Source: Macrostomum lignano (taxonomy: Eukaryota). From it: a stretch of DNA of 64,000 nt. Positions 23,488 through 35,430 of the stretch are shown here, piece after piece. The position numbers and the translations under genes are program-made. The stretch lies in NCBI GenBank assembly GCA_002269645.1, contig NIVC01000543.1, forward strand, positions 62,001 to 126,000, given 5' to 3'. A model generated the notes under the pieces. It searched no databases. It was not told where the DNA came from and worked only from the letters and a program-made list of their open reading frames with translations. Within the stretch, counting starts at the first letter, position 1. Each line of letters begins with the position of its first letter.

Positions 23488-26400
23488 TCAGTCCAGCGCC
23501 TCCGCAATGGTGTCCTGCTTGGCCACCTTGAGCCGGGCGAAGTGCTCAAAAACGACGTCGTCCGACTTTTTGGCCTCGCTGGAGCCGTCGACGGGCTTCG
23601 GATGGCTGAGGATCAGCGGCACCTCCAGCACGGCGTCCCGGCCGCCAAATCCGGTGAACACTCGGGCCTTCACCTGCGGACGGGGGGGAGGGGCAGCTCA
23701 GGGGTGAGCGGGAAGTCGTCAGTTTGCATGCGGCTGTGCTGGCGCAACTTCAGGCGGGAAGTCGTCAGTTTGCATGCGGCTGTGCTGGCGCAACTTCAGG
23801 CGGGAAGTCGTCAGTTTGCATGCGGCTGTGCTGGCGCAACTTCAGGCGGGAAGTCGTCAGTTTGCATGCGGCTGTGCTGGCGCAACTTCAGGCGGGAAGT
23901 CGTCAGTTTGCATGCGGCTGTGCTGGCGCAACTTCAGGCGGGAAGTCGTCAGTTTGCATGCGGCTGTGCTGGCGCAACTTCAGGCGCACATTCCTACGCT
24001 ACAACCGCAGCGCACGCGGTGTTGTACTCAGTCTACTTATCAGGCTAATGTATCCGCAATGCGAAATCGAACTCGGGACCATGGAAAAAATCAAAACTAC
24101 CGCTGCACTCTGGCCTCTATAAAAACAAACGCATCTTTTACAGAAACACAAAAGAAACCCAGCCTCATTAATCTGTTAGTTTGCAGCACGGCGTTCTAAT
24201 AAAAAAGTCTGCAATACGATTATAAGCTGATTAAATTAAATCCGCGCCTCCCGTCAACTCACCACATATTGCACGATGATGCCAATGTTCTCCTTGTTGC
24301 GGAAGTCCCGGATGAGGGTGGAGCTGGCCAGGTTCGTGTCCTGGTACTTCATCTTCCCGTCCAGAGCCACACCAGCCTTTCCGGGTTATTTGGGAGGGGT
24401 GGGGAACTTTCAAACAAAAGCAGTAAACGTACTTGAGCTGAAGGCGGATTTGATGAAGTACATCATGCTACATATACGCCCGCACGTAAAAGCTAATACC
24501 CGTTTAAAGGACTGTCTGGTGATTCCAAGCAGCCTTGTGCAGCATGATTTTCAACTGCCGCACTGGTTCTCATGTAGAAATTATAGGTTGAAAACAACGG
24601 ATATGAAGGCACAGTGGCAGATCAGAGACCTGCAAAGAAATTGTAACCCCCCACTCTATAAAGCAGGTGGGGCAGCTCCCGCACCTTGTTGCGGTTGTCA
24701 GCCAGGTTGGGCCGCAGCTTGAACGTCTCGCACCAGCCAGCCTGTCCAGGGGCCAGCGGGAAGCCCTTCTCCACCGACTCGCTGCAGATGACGTTCTTAA
24801 TGGCCTTCTCCTTGAACAGCGTGATCTCGATGAGCTGCAGCAGCTTCAGGCTGAGGCCCTTAACCACGTTGCTTGAGTAGTTGTCGATCACCACGCTGAC
24901 CAGCACTGGCTCGCCGTGGTGGTACAGCTCCTTGGCCAGCGAGACCTCCAGCCGCACGCTGCCGGAGTGCAGGTGGAAGGCCTTGTTGATCTCCGCCGAC
25001 GGCCTACCGACCTCTCCGGGCTTTGGGGACACGCAGGTGAGCCGCCGGATGGCCATCTTCACGGACGAGTGGCCCTGCGGCTGGTCGTCTTTGCGCCTAG
25101 CAACGAACACCTGCACGTAGTATTCGACTCCGCAGGGCTCCTCCTCCTGCGAGCCGTCCGACACCGCCGTGCTCTGGATCATCAGCGACGGCGGGATGTC
25201 GTGCGGCAGCTGGAAGCTGAACGGATGCGCGTTCGAGAACTTCGACAGCAGGCTCGACTGCGGCGGGCGGGAGTGAAGTTGATGACTGCGGTGAGCTCAG
25301 GTTTAAAGCGCTCATTCTCATCTCTCCCATTGTTCTCCCTATTCCCAGGGTCACCCAAGCCACACAGAAGTTGCAGGTTGCGGAGCCGCGGAACAGGGGG
25401 CGGAGGAGGCAAGGGTCCCTGATGTCTGAGAATACTGCTGATCTGCGATGGCACCAAATTGGCACAATACATTGCGGTCAGGTCTGGGATCTGGGGACTC
25501 TTGCCCCCATAGCAAAACATTGCAGTCAGGTCTGGGATCTAAGGAATCTTGCCCCCATAGCAAAACATTGCAGTCAGGTATGGGATCTGGGGACTCTTGC
25601 CCCCATAGCAAAACATTGCAGTCAGGTCTGGATCTGGGGACTCTTGCCCCCATAGCAAAACATTGCAGTCAGGTCTGGGACCTGGGGACTCTTGCCCCCA
25701 TAGCAAAACATTGCAGTCAGGTCTGGATCTGGGGACTCTTGCCCTCATAGCAAAACATTGCAGTCAGGTATGGGATCTAAGGAATCTTGCCCCCATAGCA
25801 AAACATTGCGGTCAGGTCTGGGATCTAAGGAATTTGCCCCCATAGCAAAACATTGCAGTCAGGTCTGGGATCTGGGGACTCTTGCCCTCATAGCAAAACA
25901 TTGCAGTCAGGTATGGGATCTGGGGACTCTTGCCCCCATAGCAAAACATTGCGGTCAGGTCTGGGATCTAAGGAATCTTGCCCCCATAGCAAAACATTGC
26001 GGTCAGGTCTGGGATCTAAGGAATCTTGCCCCCATAGCAAAACATTGCGGTCAGGTCTGGGATCTAAGGAATCTTGCCCCCATAGCAAAACATTGCAGTC
26101 AGGTATAGGATCTGGGGACTCTTGCCCTCATAGCAAAACATTGCAGTCAGGTATGGGATCTGGGGACTCTTGCCCCCATAGCAAAACATTGCGGTCAGGT
26201 CTGGGATCTGGGGACTCTTGCCCTCATAGCAAAAAATGCATCCACGCTCAGTCAGCGCCAAGGCCTTGTGGACGAACCTGCAGCGGCGTGAGCTTCTTGG
26301 CTGGCGTCTCACTCGGGTAGACCTGCGTGGCGGCGAAGAAGAAGTCCTTCTTGAACGAGACGCCGTTCATGACATTGTCCATGTCGCCCCGGCCGTACCG

Positions 26401-26577
26401 GTACTCGCACTTGATGTGCGCGAACACCTTCTTGTCCGGCCCGATCCCGGGGTCCACCAGCACCGCCCCATCGATCAGGTCCATGGTGGCCAGATCGTCG
26501 AAGTAGTCCCGCTTGCCCAGGTAGCAGGTCAAGCGGCTGTTCGGGCTGCTCTTCTTGAATATCGGCCGGCCCGACAT
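23488..26577 (-). CDS. Arrestin (beta-/visual-arrestin family), 4 exons, 390 aa
   Basis: Exons 26577-26278, 25257-24685, 24376-24263 and 23673-23488 total 1173 nt, all phase 0. Motifs: [24 protein letters not shown] finger loop, [31 protein letters not shown] and [10 protein letters not shown]. Confidence 0.94.
23708..23986. repeat. 46-bp tandem repeat, 6 copies, arrestin intron 3
   Basis: GCGGGAAGTCGTCAGTTTGCATGCGGCTGTGCTGGCGCAACTTCAG, identical copies. Confidence 0.97.
25468..26234. repeat. 47-48-bp minisatellite, about 16 copies, arrestin intron 1
   Basis: Unit GACTCTTGCCCCCATAGCAAAACATTGC[A/G]GTCAGGT[C/A]TGGGATCT(GGG/AAG). Confidence 0.96.
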
Positions 26578-27167
26578 TGTGGCTGCTTCTGCTGCTGCGG
26601 GCTGCCGGGCTGCTGCGGAGATTTCTCCTGCTCCTGGGAGCAGCAGAGCGCGCCCCAATTTTATAGCAAAGCTCCTCCTGGTGTCGAGTTTCTTCCGGGC
26701 TGCTGCCTCACCTGCCCCACCTGCCACACCTGTGATCACTTTGACAGACGTTTCGATGCCTCCATCGGCTAATCCCGAACTCTGATCTGCGGCACCTCGC
26801 GAAGCAGCAGCACCCCAGTTGTGGGGGAGAAACCCAACTGCCGACTGCAAGCGCGACATCTGATCTGGAGGCGGTGCTGCAGTTGCGTGACTGAACAACT
26901 CGATGCGACCCAGGCCTCAGCTGCTGCTTCCCTGCTTCTGCTTTGCGAATTAATGCTCTGCGCTCCTCTCTCTTTGACTGAGTTTATTTTTTATGATAAG
27001 AGATTTTAATTATTGCTGCGCTGATCTGGGAGGGGGCTGGCTCCGGTTGCGTGAGGCATCACGGGTTGCGGTGCGAATTCGCACTTAGTTGAGGAACGCG
27101 TGGCGGTGCAGATCTTCTACGGAATTGCCTGTTCAACGGATTTCTGGCGGATGATGTGCGGTAACTG

Positions 27168-27887
27168 GTAGATCGTGTAGGTTAATTGATGAGTGAGTGA
27201 ATGAGAGGAGTAGATCGTGTGAGTTAATTGATGAGTGAGTGAATGAGAGGAGTAGATCGTGTGAGTGAATTGATTAGTGCTTCCAGCAACAAAGGCAATA
27301 AAAACACGAACTTGGCACAGAAACGAAGCAGGCCTCCAAAGCCTGCAAAAAATTCACTGCGAGAAGGCAAAGTGAGCCGCCAGTAGAGCGCGACAAGGGT
27401 TTAAAAACACCCCTGCCACCCAAGGGGGGCAGGCGGCGATGTACAATCAACGCGCTGGGCACTAAAGCCGGTTTGTGCACTTTCGCCGCACAAACCAGTC
27501 CATGAGTGAGTGAATGAGAGGAGTAGATCGTGTGAGTTAATTGATGAGTGAGTGAATGAGAGGAGTAGATCGTGTGAGTGAGTTGATGAGTGAGTGAATG
27601 AGAGAAGTAGATCGTGTGAGTGAATTGATGAGTGAGTGAAAGAGTGGAGTAGATCGTGTGAGTGAATTGATGAGTGAGTGAATGAGAGGAGTAGATCGTG
27701 TGAGTGAATTGATGAGTGAGTGAAAGATTGGAGTAGATCGTGTGAGTGAATTGATGAGTGAGTGAAAGAGTGGAGTAGATCGTGTGAGTGAGTTGATGAG
27801 TGAGTGAATGAGAGGAGTAGATCATGTGAGTGAAAGATTGGAGTAGATCGTGTGAGTGAATTGTTGAGTGAGTGTATGAGAGGAGTG
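27168..27887. repeat. 42-bp purine-rich minisatellite interrupted by a 227-bp insertion
   Basis: Unit GAGTAGATCGTGTGAGTGAATTGATGAGTGAGTGAATGAGAG at 27168-27274 and 27502-27887. Confidence 0.95.
27274..27502 (+). mobile_element. Hairpin-rich insertion, possible non-autonomous Helitron2/Helentron-like element
   Basis: It sits exactly inside one satellite unit at A|T. The 5' terminus TTAGTGC is inverted at 27459-27465 (GCACTAA), just upstream of a 3' hairpin GGTTTGTGC/GCACAAACC (27470-27496). There is a small 5' hairpin TGCT/AGCA. Confidence 0.4.
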
Positions 27888-28648
27888 GAATCCATTTAGA
27901 ATTTTGATTTCTAAAGTGCATTTGGTGAATCAATTTAACCAAAGTTTAGAATTTTCCAAAGTTAAGGTGGCTCTGAATTCCTGTCGCAGTGGTGGAATTT
28001 CATTTATTTTATTTTCATAACTTTCACTTAGATAAAGCATAGGCATGATGAGTTCCAATGCTTATCCTGTGTGTCCTTTATTTTCATTAATTACGGGATG
28101 ATTGCTCGTATAAGATCAATCTTAGACTGAGGCTTTGAAAACCTGCTGCTGACACATATCTGCGGCTCCAGGCTTTGCAGTGCAGAGCGCGGCCATGATC
28201 CGGCCATAAACCCCAGCCCTGCACAAAGAAGGCCATAAAATATGGCCTCAGACTGCAGTTTCCGCCTCCCCCCGGCCTGGGGCAGAAAAGTTGGCATGAG
28301 GCAGCACAGGCATCGATTTCTCTTCCCCGCACTGGAGCTGCGGCCCAGCGCTAACTAATTAGGCCTGTCTTTGAGGCTGAGTGATTCAGAATGAGGGGTT
28401 CAGCCAGTGTACACCCGCTGCGTACACTTGGGGATCTGGGGTGGCGGCGAATGCGGGCAGCCCGGCGTCCTCACGGCCTTCCATCCATCATGCAGTGCTG
28501 GGCGGGCATTATAGAGAGCTGCAGAGCTGCGGGGGTCCGGCCGCAATTTCTAACCCAGATTACTGTTGCTGGCTGCGTTCGGGTGAAGTAATCGGCATTG
28601 AATTGCTGCTGACTTGGCCACTTTAAATACCGAATTTCACTGTCAGAA

Positions 28649-30681
28649 ATGAGACTCACGGATTGTGCTCAATTCCAGCGTCTGCTTTTTGGCCTGCCGC
28701 TGCTGCTTCTGCTGCAGCTCGGCTGTGGCAACTGTGAGTTCAGCTTGTTGTTTTTGACTAAACTCCAGCACTAACTCTAAACCCAATTTAGAACGCGCTA
28801 ACACCACCGCCTAACACCAAAATGCTATCGAATATGTCTATAAATTATGGTACCCCCATATATGACGCTTCAATACCAGAAGCATGCACAAAACACTCGG
28901 TCTATACCGTGCTTGAGTTCCCCGTCTGCGGGAATCACAAGAACGCTTCAATATTGTCTGGATGCAATACATGTACGCCCAAGTGATTTAGCATTGTACA
29001 CCAAATGTCCCGTCTCACACGCCTCAAAACACCCAGCCAACACGCCTCAAAACACCCCGTCTAACACGCCTCAAAACACCCCGTCTCACACGCCTCAAAA
29101 CACCCAGCCAACACGCCTCAAAACACCCCGTCTAACACGCCTCAAAACACCCAGCCAACACGCTCCAAAACATCCAGCCAACACGCCCCAAAACACCCCA
29201 GCCAACACGCCCCAAAACACCCCAGCCAACACGCCCCAAAACACCCCAGCCAACACGCCCCAAAACACCCCAGCCAACACGCCCCAAAACACCCCAGCCA
29301 ACACGCCCCAAAACACCCCAGCCAACACGCCCCAAAACACCCCAGCCAACACGCCCCAAAACACCCCAGCCAACACGCCCCAAAACACCCCAGCCAACAC
29401 GCCCCAAAACATCCAGCCAACACGCCCCAAAACACCCCAGCCAACACGCCACAAAACACCCCAGCCAACACGCCTCAAAACACCCCGTCTAACACGCCCC
29501 AAAACACCCCAGCCAACACGCCCCAAAACATCCAGCCAACACGCCACAAAACACCCCAGCCAGCACGCCACAAAACACCCCAGCCAACACGCCCCAAAAC
29601 ACCCAGCCAACACACCCCAAAACACCCAGCCAACACGCCCCAAAACACCCCAGCCAACACGCGCCAAAACACCCAGCCAACACGCCCCAAAACACCCCAG
29701 CCAACACGCGCCAAAACACCCCAGCCAACACTATTTAGTAACCAAATATTGCTAAAAACGCCTCGCCTCGGCAGGCCAGGACTTCTCCGTCGACACGATC
29801 GAGGGCTCGGACAAGAAGCTGGAGGTTCAGCCCCGGGCCATCGTAAACGCCACGAAGCCGAAAGGAGCCCAAAGTTTTCACTGCATTGTCTGCGACGACA
29901 TGCTGGATGCCAACTGTGAGCCGTGGGACGAGTTCAGCCACAGCAAGAATTGCTACGAGGATCCGCGCATCGACAAGAGCCAGGCAGTGGGCTGCAGGAA
30001 GATGGTGCAGCAAGGTGAAGGGGATTTCGCACTTCGCAACGCAAGCCAGTCATCGCATTCATTAATTTGCAGCAAATCTGGGTCACATGACTGCCTCAGA
30101 TGCCAAGAAAACTTAGGACTAAAAATAGCCAATAATTACATGCACAAAATAAAGTGGGGGCAATGCTTCGCCAACTCTCGCACTTTAGGCAGCAGAAGGT
30201 ACATGAAGGCTTCCAAAACTAAACGATTTCTCGCAAACCTTGGATTTTCGTATTTCAGGATAAAAATAATGACTGGTATTTTAGTATTTCCAAGCCTTGA
30301 TCGACATGAGCCTTGCTGCAAATATCCGGATGAACTTGCGAAGCTCTTCTACTACCCTGCTGCTCTATTGGGTTTCGGGCGCATAAGTGTCAGAAATCCA
30401 TAAAACCGAATCCAATGAATCGATATCGCCATTTTGAAAGCGGCAGAAGACAGCAATTTCCCTGCATTCCAGTGCAAGGCCGGGTCTACGTCAGCAGGCA
30501 GTGCACCAACCTGGTGTCCGACAGCGTCCAGGGCTGCGTTGACCGGGTCGGCACCAAGAAGATCAAGGTGACCTACTGCCACTGCCGCGGCCGCCAGAAC
30601 TGCAACACGGCTGCCTCACTGCGAGGCGGCCTGCAGCTGATGGGGCTGCCGCTGCTGCTGAGTCTGGCGGCTCTGTTCTGA
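28649..30681 (+). CDS. Secreted, GPI-anchored three-finger (Ly6/uPAR) protein, quiver/sleepless-like, 3 exons, 177 aa
   Basis: Exons 28649-28733, 29775-30014 and 30473-30681 total 534 nt with consistent phase-1 introns. It has a signal peptide (LLFGLPLLLLLQLGC), the Cys pattern CIVC...C...C...GCRK...RQC...GC...YCHC...CN and a hydrophobic C-terminal GPI signal. Confidence 0.85.
29010..29730. repeat. 23-24-bp C/A-rich minisatellite, about 30 copies, Ly6-gene intron 1
   Basis: Unit AACACGCCCCAAAACACCCCAGCC. Source of the NTPQNTPA and WVFWGVLAG ORFs. Confidence 0.96.
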
Positions 30682-30861
30682 GCAGCTGCTCACTCCAATA
30701 GATTCACTCGAGTGTTGAACATGACTGACAGGTCTCTGCTCTAATAAGTTTCTCTTTTATAACTTCCTTTAAACAGCAATAGCAATCATTTATTAATGCA
30801 TATTAGAAACTCGCCTTGTGCTTTTATAGGTTTAGAAGTTCCTCGATTTTGTACCAGTAGT

Positions 30862-31626
30862 AATAAAAATACCCTTTTCAGCATAGTAAATGAGACAGCG
30901 AGTGTCTATTCTGTATGCTGAATAAAAATACCCTTTTCAGCATAGTAAATGAGACAGCGAGTGTCTATTCTGTATGCTGAATAAAAATACCCTTTTCAAC
31001 ATAGTAAATGAGACAGCGAGTGTCTATTCTGTATGCTGAATAAAAATACCCTTTTCAGCATAGTAAATGAGACAGCGAGTGTCTATTCTGTATGCTAAAT
31101 AAAAATACCCTTTTCAACATAGTAAATGAGACAGCGAGTGTCTATTCTGTATGCTGAATAAAAATACCCTTTTCAGCATAGTAAATGAGACAGCGAGTGT
31201 CTATTCTGTATGCTGAATAAAAATACCCTTTTCAGCATAGTAAATGAGACAGCGAGTGTCTATTCTGTATGCTGAATAAAAATACCCTTTTCAGCATAGT
31301 AAATGAGACAGCGAGTGTCTATTCTGTATGCTGAATAAAAATACCCTTTTCAGCATAGCAAATGAGACAGCTAGTGTCTATTCTGTATGCTGAATAAAAA
31401 TACCCTTTTCAGCATAGCAAATGAGACAGCGAGTGTCTATTCTGTATGCTGAATAAAAATACCCTTTTCAGCATAGTAAATGAGACAGCGAGTGTCTATT
31501 CTGTATGCTGAATAAAATACCCTTTTCAGCATAGCAAATGAGACAGTTAGTGTCTATTCTGTATGCTGAATAAAATACCCTTTTCAGCATAGTAAATGAG
31601 ACAGCGAGTGTCTATTCTGTATGCTG
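30862..31626. repeat. 59-bp tandem repeat, 13 copies, each with AATAAA and a hairpin
   Basis: AATAAAAATACCCTTTTCAGCATAGTAAATGAGACAGCGAGTGTCTATTCTGTATGCTG, starting 180 nt after the Ly6 stop codon. Confidence 0.97.
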
Positions 31627-32437
31627 AAAAAATGCCCACCCGATTCAGGTAAAATAACAAAATTCCAACAATCAAGCCTATTTACTTCACATGTTCCGTT
31701 TTTACTTATGATAAGATGACAAATCATTTTACAGTTTTATAATATGAACAACATATATAATACACCGTTTCTACTTGTGCTATTACTACACGTGATCTCA
31801 AACTACCTGACGAAGAGCAATCAGACCTTTTACCCCACGAGTACCTTGTACTCAAATCTAGCAGAACCTGTGGCGGTCACAAAGTACAGTAAAACCGCCA
31901 TACCTACTAGTACTGAAAAGTTTGCCGTCTTCTTTATGCCATTTCTCCTGCCTTTTACTGTTAATTCGCTAGTGGTTTTACCAGTAATTTTATAACAAAT
32001 ACGCTGTTCTTTGCACATCACTGACAGTAGCGCATTGTAACCTGTTTGCTCTTCTAATAAACAAAAATAAATAACAGATCAGTAAATAGTGGACTCGGGA
32101 TTTGCTGACTGGCGTCAACACCGGATGCGAGTGAAATAAGCATAATTGGTCTGGGATAAGCATACAAGATAGTAGTGCAATACTCTAAACTTCTAGTGCC
32201 ATAAAACTGAAAATTTCACGGACAAGCTGGGCTTTCCACCTCAAGATTAAAATAGAAAAAACAGCAAAAATTACAGAAGCCACATCAGCCTGGTGTGGCT
32301 CACCACTAAAAGACAGACTTAGGCGGGGTTGGCTATCAGAAACCCCCATTTCTTAGAAACAAAAATATCAGAAGAATGTCAGACTCGGAGATTCAGCGTT
32401 GACCTTCGCATGGCCCTGACAGGTGCTCAGCCAGGGC

Positions 32438-33196
32438 TCAGCGCAGCACCAGCAGCTCAAAGTCGTTGCTGCGGTGCTCCTTGCCGCCCCAGGGGAAGGA
32501 AGCGGCCTTGAATGACTCGGCGAAATAGCCGTAGACCCGGCTGCCGTTCACGGCGCCCCTGGCAATGTAGAGCGGCTCCCCGGTGTCGCTGCAGCCTCCG
32601 GCGATGGCGCCAGACGGTGGAGGCCCGGAGCCGTCGGAAGGCTGCCAGTCGAACGCCACGTGACCGAAGGAGTCGATGGAGGAGTCGCAGAGCACCTCGT
32701 ACTCGGGGAACGAGAGCTCGGAGCCGGCGTGCGAAGCGTGGCAGCACTTGTGCCCGCGGGCGGCCTGGAAGCGGTGGCGCAATGCTTTGCGGTCGGATTC
32801 AACACTGGCTGCAGACTTCTGCCCTCAGTCATCTCAAAGTCATCTCACCTTGCCAGGCAGCATGTGGTAGCCATGGTGCGCCCTGGCCACGAAGGTGCCG
32901 GCGGAGTCGCGGCCCTCGATGGCGCGGTCGGGAATCCGGCCACCTCGGGCTACCGGCACCCAGCTCAGGTACAGCTGATTGCGGCGGCCCACGCCGAACT
33001 GCGCCTGCTTTGATGGGGACGAGTCTAGCGGTGGACCTTTCTTGCAGTCACCGCTGGACTCGTAGCTTGGCGGTTGGCCTGGAGTGGACATTGCGGATGC
33101 TCGCATGGGACGGGTGGATGGGGTAGACATTGTACATGCGGTGGATGCAGTGGACATTGCAGGCATAGATGTGGTGGACACAGATGTCGTGGACAT
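32438..33196 (-). CDS. DM9-repeat (DUF3421) protein, two DM9 repeats, N-terminus unresolved
   Basis: Coding blocks (33196 or 33078)-32849 and 32764-32438, separated by an 84-nt GT-AG intron. The repeats read LSWVPV...IPDRAIEG...FVARAHH...LPGK...GSE...YEVL and FDWQP...PSGAIAGG...GEPLYIARG...WGGKEH...FELL. Confidence 0.8.
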
Positions 33197-33289
33197 AGTA
33201 GATTAGGTGGATGCAGTAGACATTGCACATGCGGTGGATGCAGTGGACATTGCAGACATAGATGTGGTGGACACAGATGTCGTGGATAC

Positions 33290-35430
33290 AGCAGATGAGG
33301 TGGACATTGCAAATGAGATGGATATAGCAGATGAGGTGGACATTGCAGATGAGGTGGATATAGCAGATGAGGTGGACATTGCAAATGAGATGGATATAGC
33401 AGATGTAGTGGACATTGCAAATGAGCTGGATATAGCAGATGTGGTGGACATTGCAAATGAGATGGATATAGCAGATGTGGTGGACATTGCAAATGAGATG
33501 GATATAGCAGATGAGGTGGACATTGCAAATGAGATGGATATAGCAGATGTAGTGGACATCGCTTCCGGACATTTGCCCTCCGGCACTTCCACTCCGGCAC
33601 TTGCCCTCCGGCACTTCCCCTCGGCATCGTTTGCCCTCCGGACATTTGCCCTCCGGGACATTTCCCCTCCGGACATTTGCCCTCCGGACATTTGCCCTCG
33701 GGGACATTTGCCCTCCGGACATTTGCCCTCCGGACATTTGCCCTCCGGACATTTCCCCTCCGCACATTTGCCCTCTGCAAATTTACCCCCTCGCACATTA
33801 CTCACCTCACCTCCTCCTGTACCCACCCGTCGTTCCTCCAGCACCAACCTCATCCTCCCGCCTCTTGCATCCATCAGGTTCTTCTCCAGCCAACAACTCA
33901 TCCTTTTCTAGTAAGCAATATATACCCGCGCCCTACCCTATCCCCAGCCTTACCTGTACTTTTCCAGAGGGGAAATGTCCGGAGGGCAAATGTCCGGAGG
34001 GGAAATGTCCCCGAGGGCAAATGTCCCCGAGGGCAAATGTCCGGAGGGCAAATGTCCGGAGGGCAAATGTCCCCGAGGGCAAATGTCCTCGAGGGCAAAT
34101 GTCCGGAGGGGAAATGCCGGAGGGGAAATGCAGAAGGGCAAATGTCCGGAGGGCAAATGCCGGAGGGCAAATGTCCGGTAGCCAGTGGACATTGCAAATG
34201 AGATGGATATAGCAGATGTGGTGGACATTGCAAATGAGATGGATATAGCAGATGTGGTGGACATTGCAAATGAGATGGATATAGCAGATGAGGTGGAAAT
34301 TGCAAATGAGATGGATATAGCAGATGTAGTGGACATTGCAAATGAGATGGATATAGCAGATGTAGTGGACATTGCAAATGAGATGGATATAGCAGATGAG
34401 GTGGAAATTGCAAATGAGATGGATATAGCAGATGTGGTGGACATTGCAAATGAGATGGATATAGCAGATGAGGTGGACATTGCAAATGAGATGGATATAG
34501 CAGATGTAGTGGACATTGCAAATGAGATGGATATAGCAGATGAGGTGGACATTGCAAATGAGATGGATATAGCAGATGTGGTGGACATTGCAAATGAGAT
34601 GGATATAGCAGATGAGGTGGAAATTGCAAATGAGATGGATATAGCAGATGTAGTGGACATTGCAAATGAGATGGATATAGCAGATGTAGTGGACATTGCA
34701 AATGAGATGGATATAGCAGATGAGGTGGAAATTGCAAATGAGATGGATATAGCAGATGTGGTGGACATTGCAAATGAGATGGATATAGCAGATGAGGTGG
34801 ACATTGCAAATGAGATGGATATAGCAGATGTAGTGGACATTGCAAATGAGATGGATATAGCAGATGAGGTGGACATTGCAAATGAGATGGATATAGCAGA
34901 TGTGGTGGACATTGCAAATGAGATGGATATAGCAGATGTGGTGGACATTGCAAATGAGATGGATATAGCAGATGAGGTGGACATTGCAAATGAGATGGAT
35001 ATAGCAGATGAGGTGGACATTGCAAATGAGATGGATATAGCAGATGAGGTGGACATTGCAAATGAGATGGATATAGCAGATGTGGTGGACATTGCAAATG
35101 AGATGGATATAGCAGATGTAGTGGACATTGCAAATGAGATGGATATAGCAGATGTGGTGGACATTGCAAATGAGATGGATATAGCAGATGTGGTGGACAT
35201 TGCAAATGAGATGGATATAGCAGATGTAGTGGACATTGCAAATGAGATGGATATAGCAGATGAGGTGGACATTGCAAATGAGATGGATATAGCAGATGTA
35301 GTGGACATTGCAAATGAGATGGATATAGCAGATGAGGTGGACATTGCAAATGAGATGGATATAGCAGATGTGGTGGACATTGCAAATGAGATGGATATAG
35401 CAGATGTGGTGGACATTGCAGATGCAGTGG
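33290..35430. repeat. 36-bp minisatellite, about 42 copies, split by a MULE-like insertion
   Basis: Unit GTGGACATTGCAAATGAGATGGATATAGCAGATG[T/A][G/A] at 33290-33559 and 34184-35430. It decays gradually toward 33085. Confidence 0.97.
33560..34183. mobile_element. Mutator/Foldback (Rehavkus-like) non-autonomous element, 624 bp
   Basis: 9-bp TSD AGTGGACAT at 33551-33559 and 34184-34192. The long TIRs are built of tandem 15-bp subunits GGACATTTGCCCTCC (left) and GGAGGGCAAATGTCC (right) around a unique core of about 170 bp. Confidence 0.82.

Noticed and set aside
27275-27501. Assigning the insert to U1, U5, SL, vault or telomerase RNA
   Set aside because: Only short partial resemblances exist (ATTGTAC, GCCTTCTC, GGCTTTAG...CAGCG, TAAACCCT). 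The defining motifs (ACTTACCTG, GCCTTTTAC loop, ATG|GT donor, terminal stem, CTAACCCT template) are missing.
27168-27887. Hammerhead ribozyme in the 42-bp satellite (TTGATGAG resembles CUGAUGA)
   Set aside because: There is no GAAA core at the right place and no stems I-III.
30862-31626. CRISPR-like look of hairpin-containing arrays (also 59881-60528, 1623-2077)
   Set aside because: The units are head-to-tail with no unique spacers, there are no cas genes, and the context is eukaryotic.
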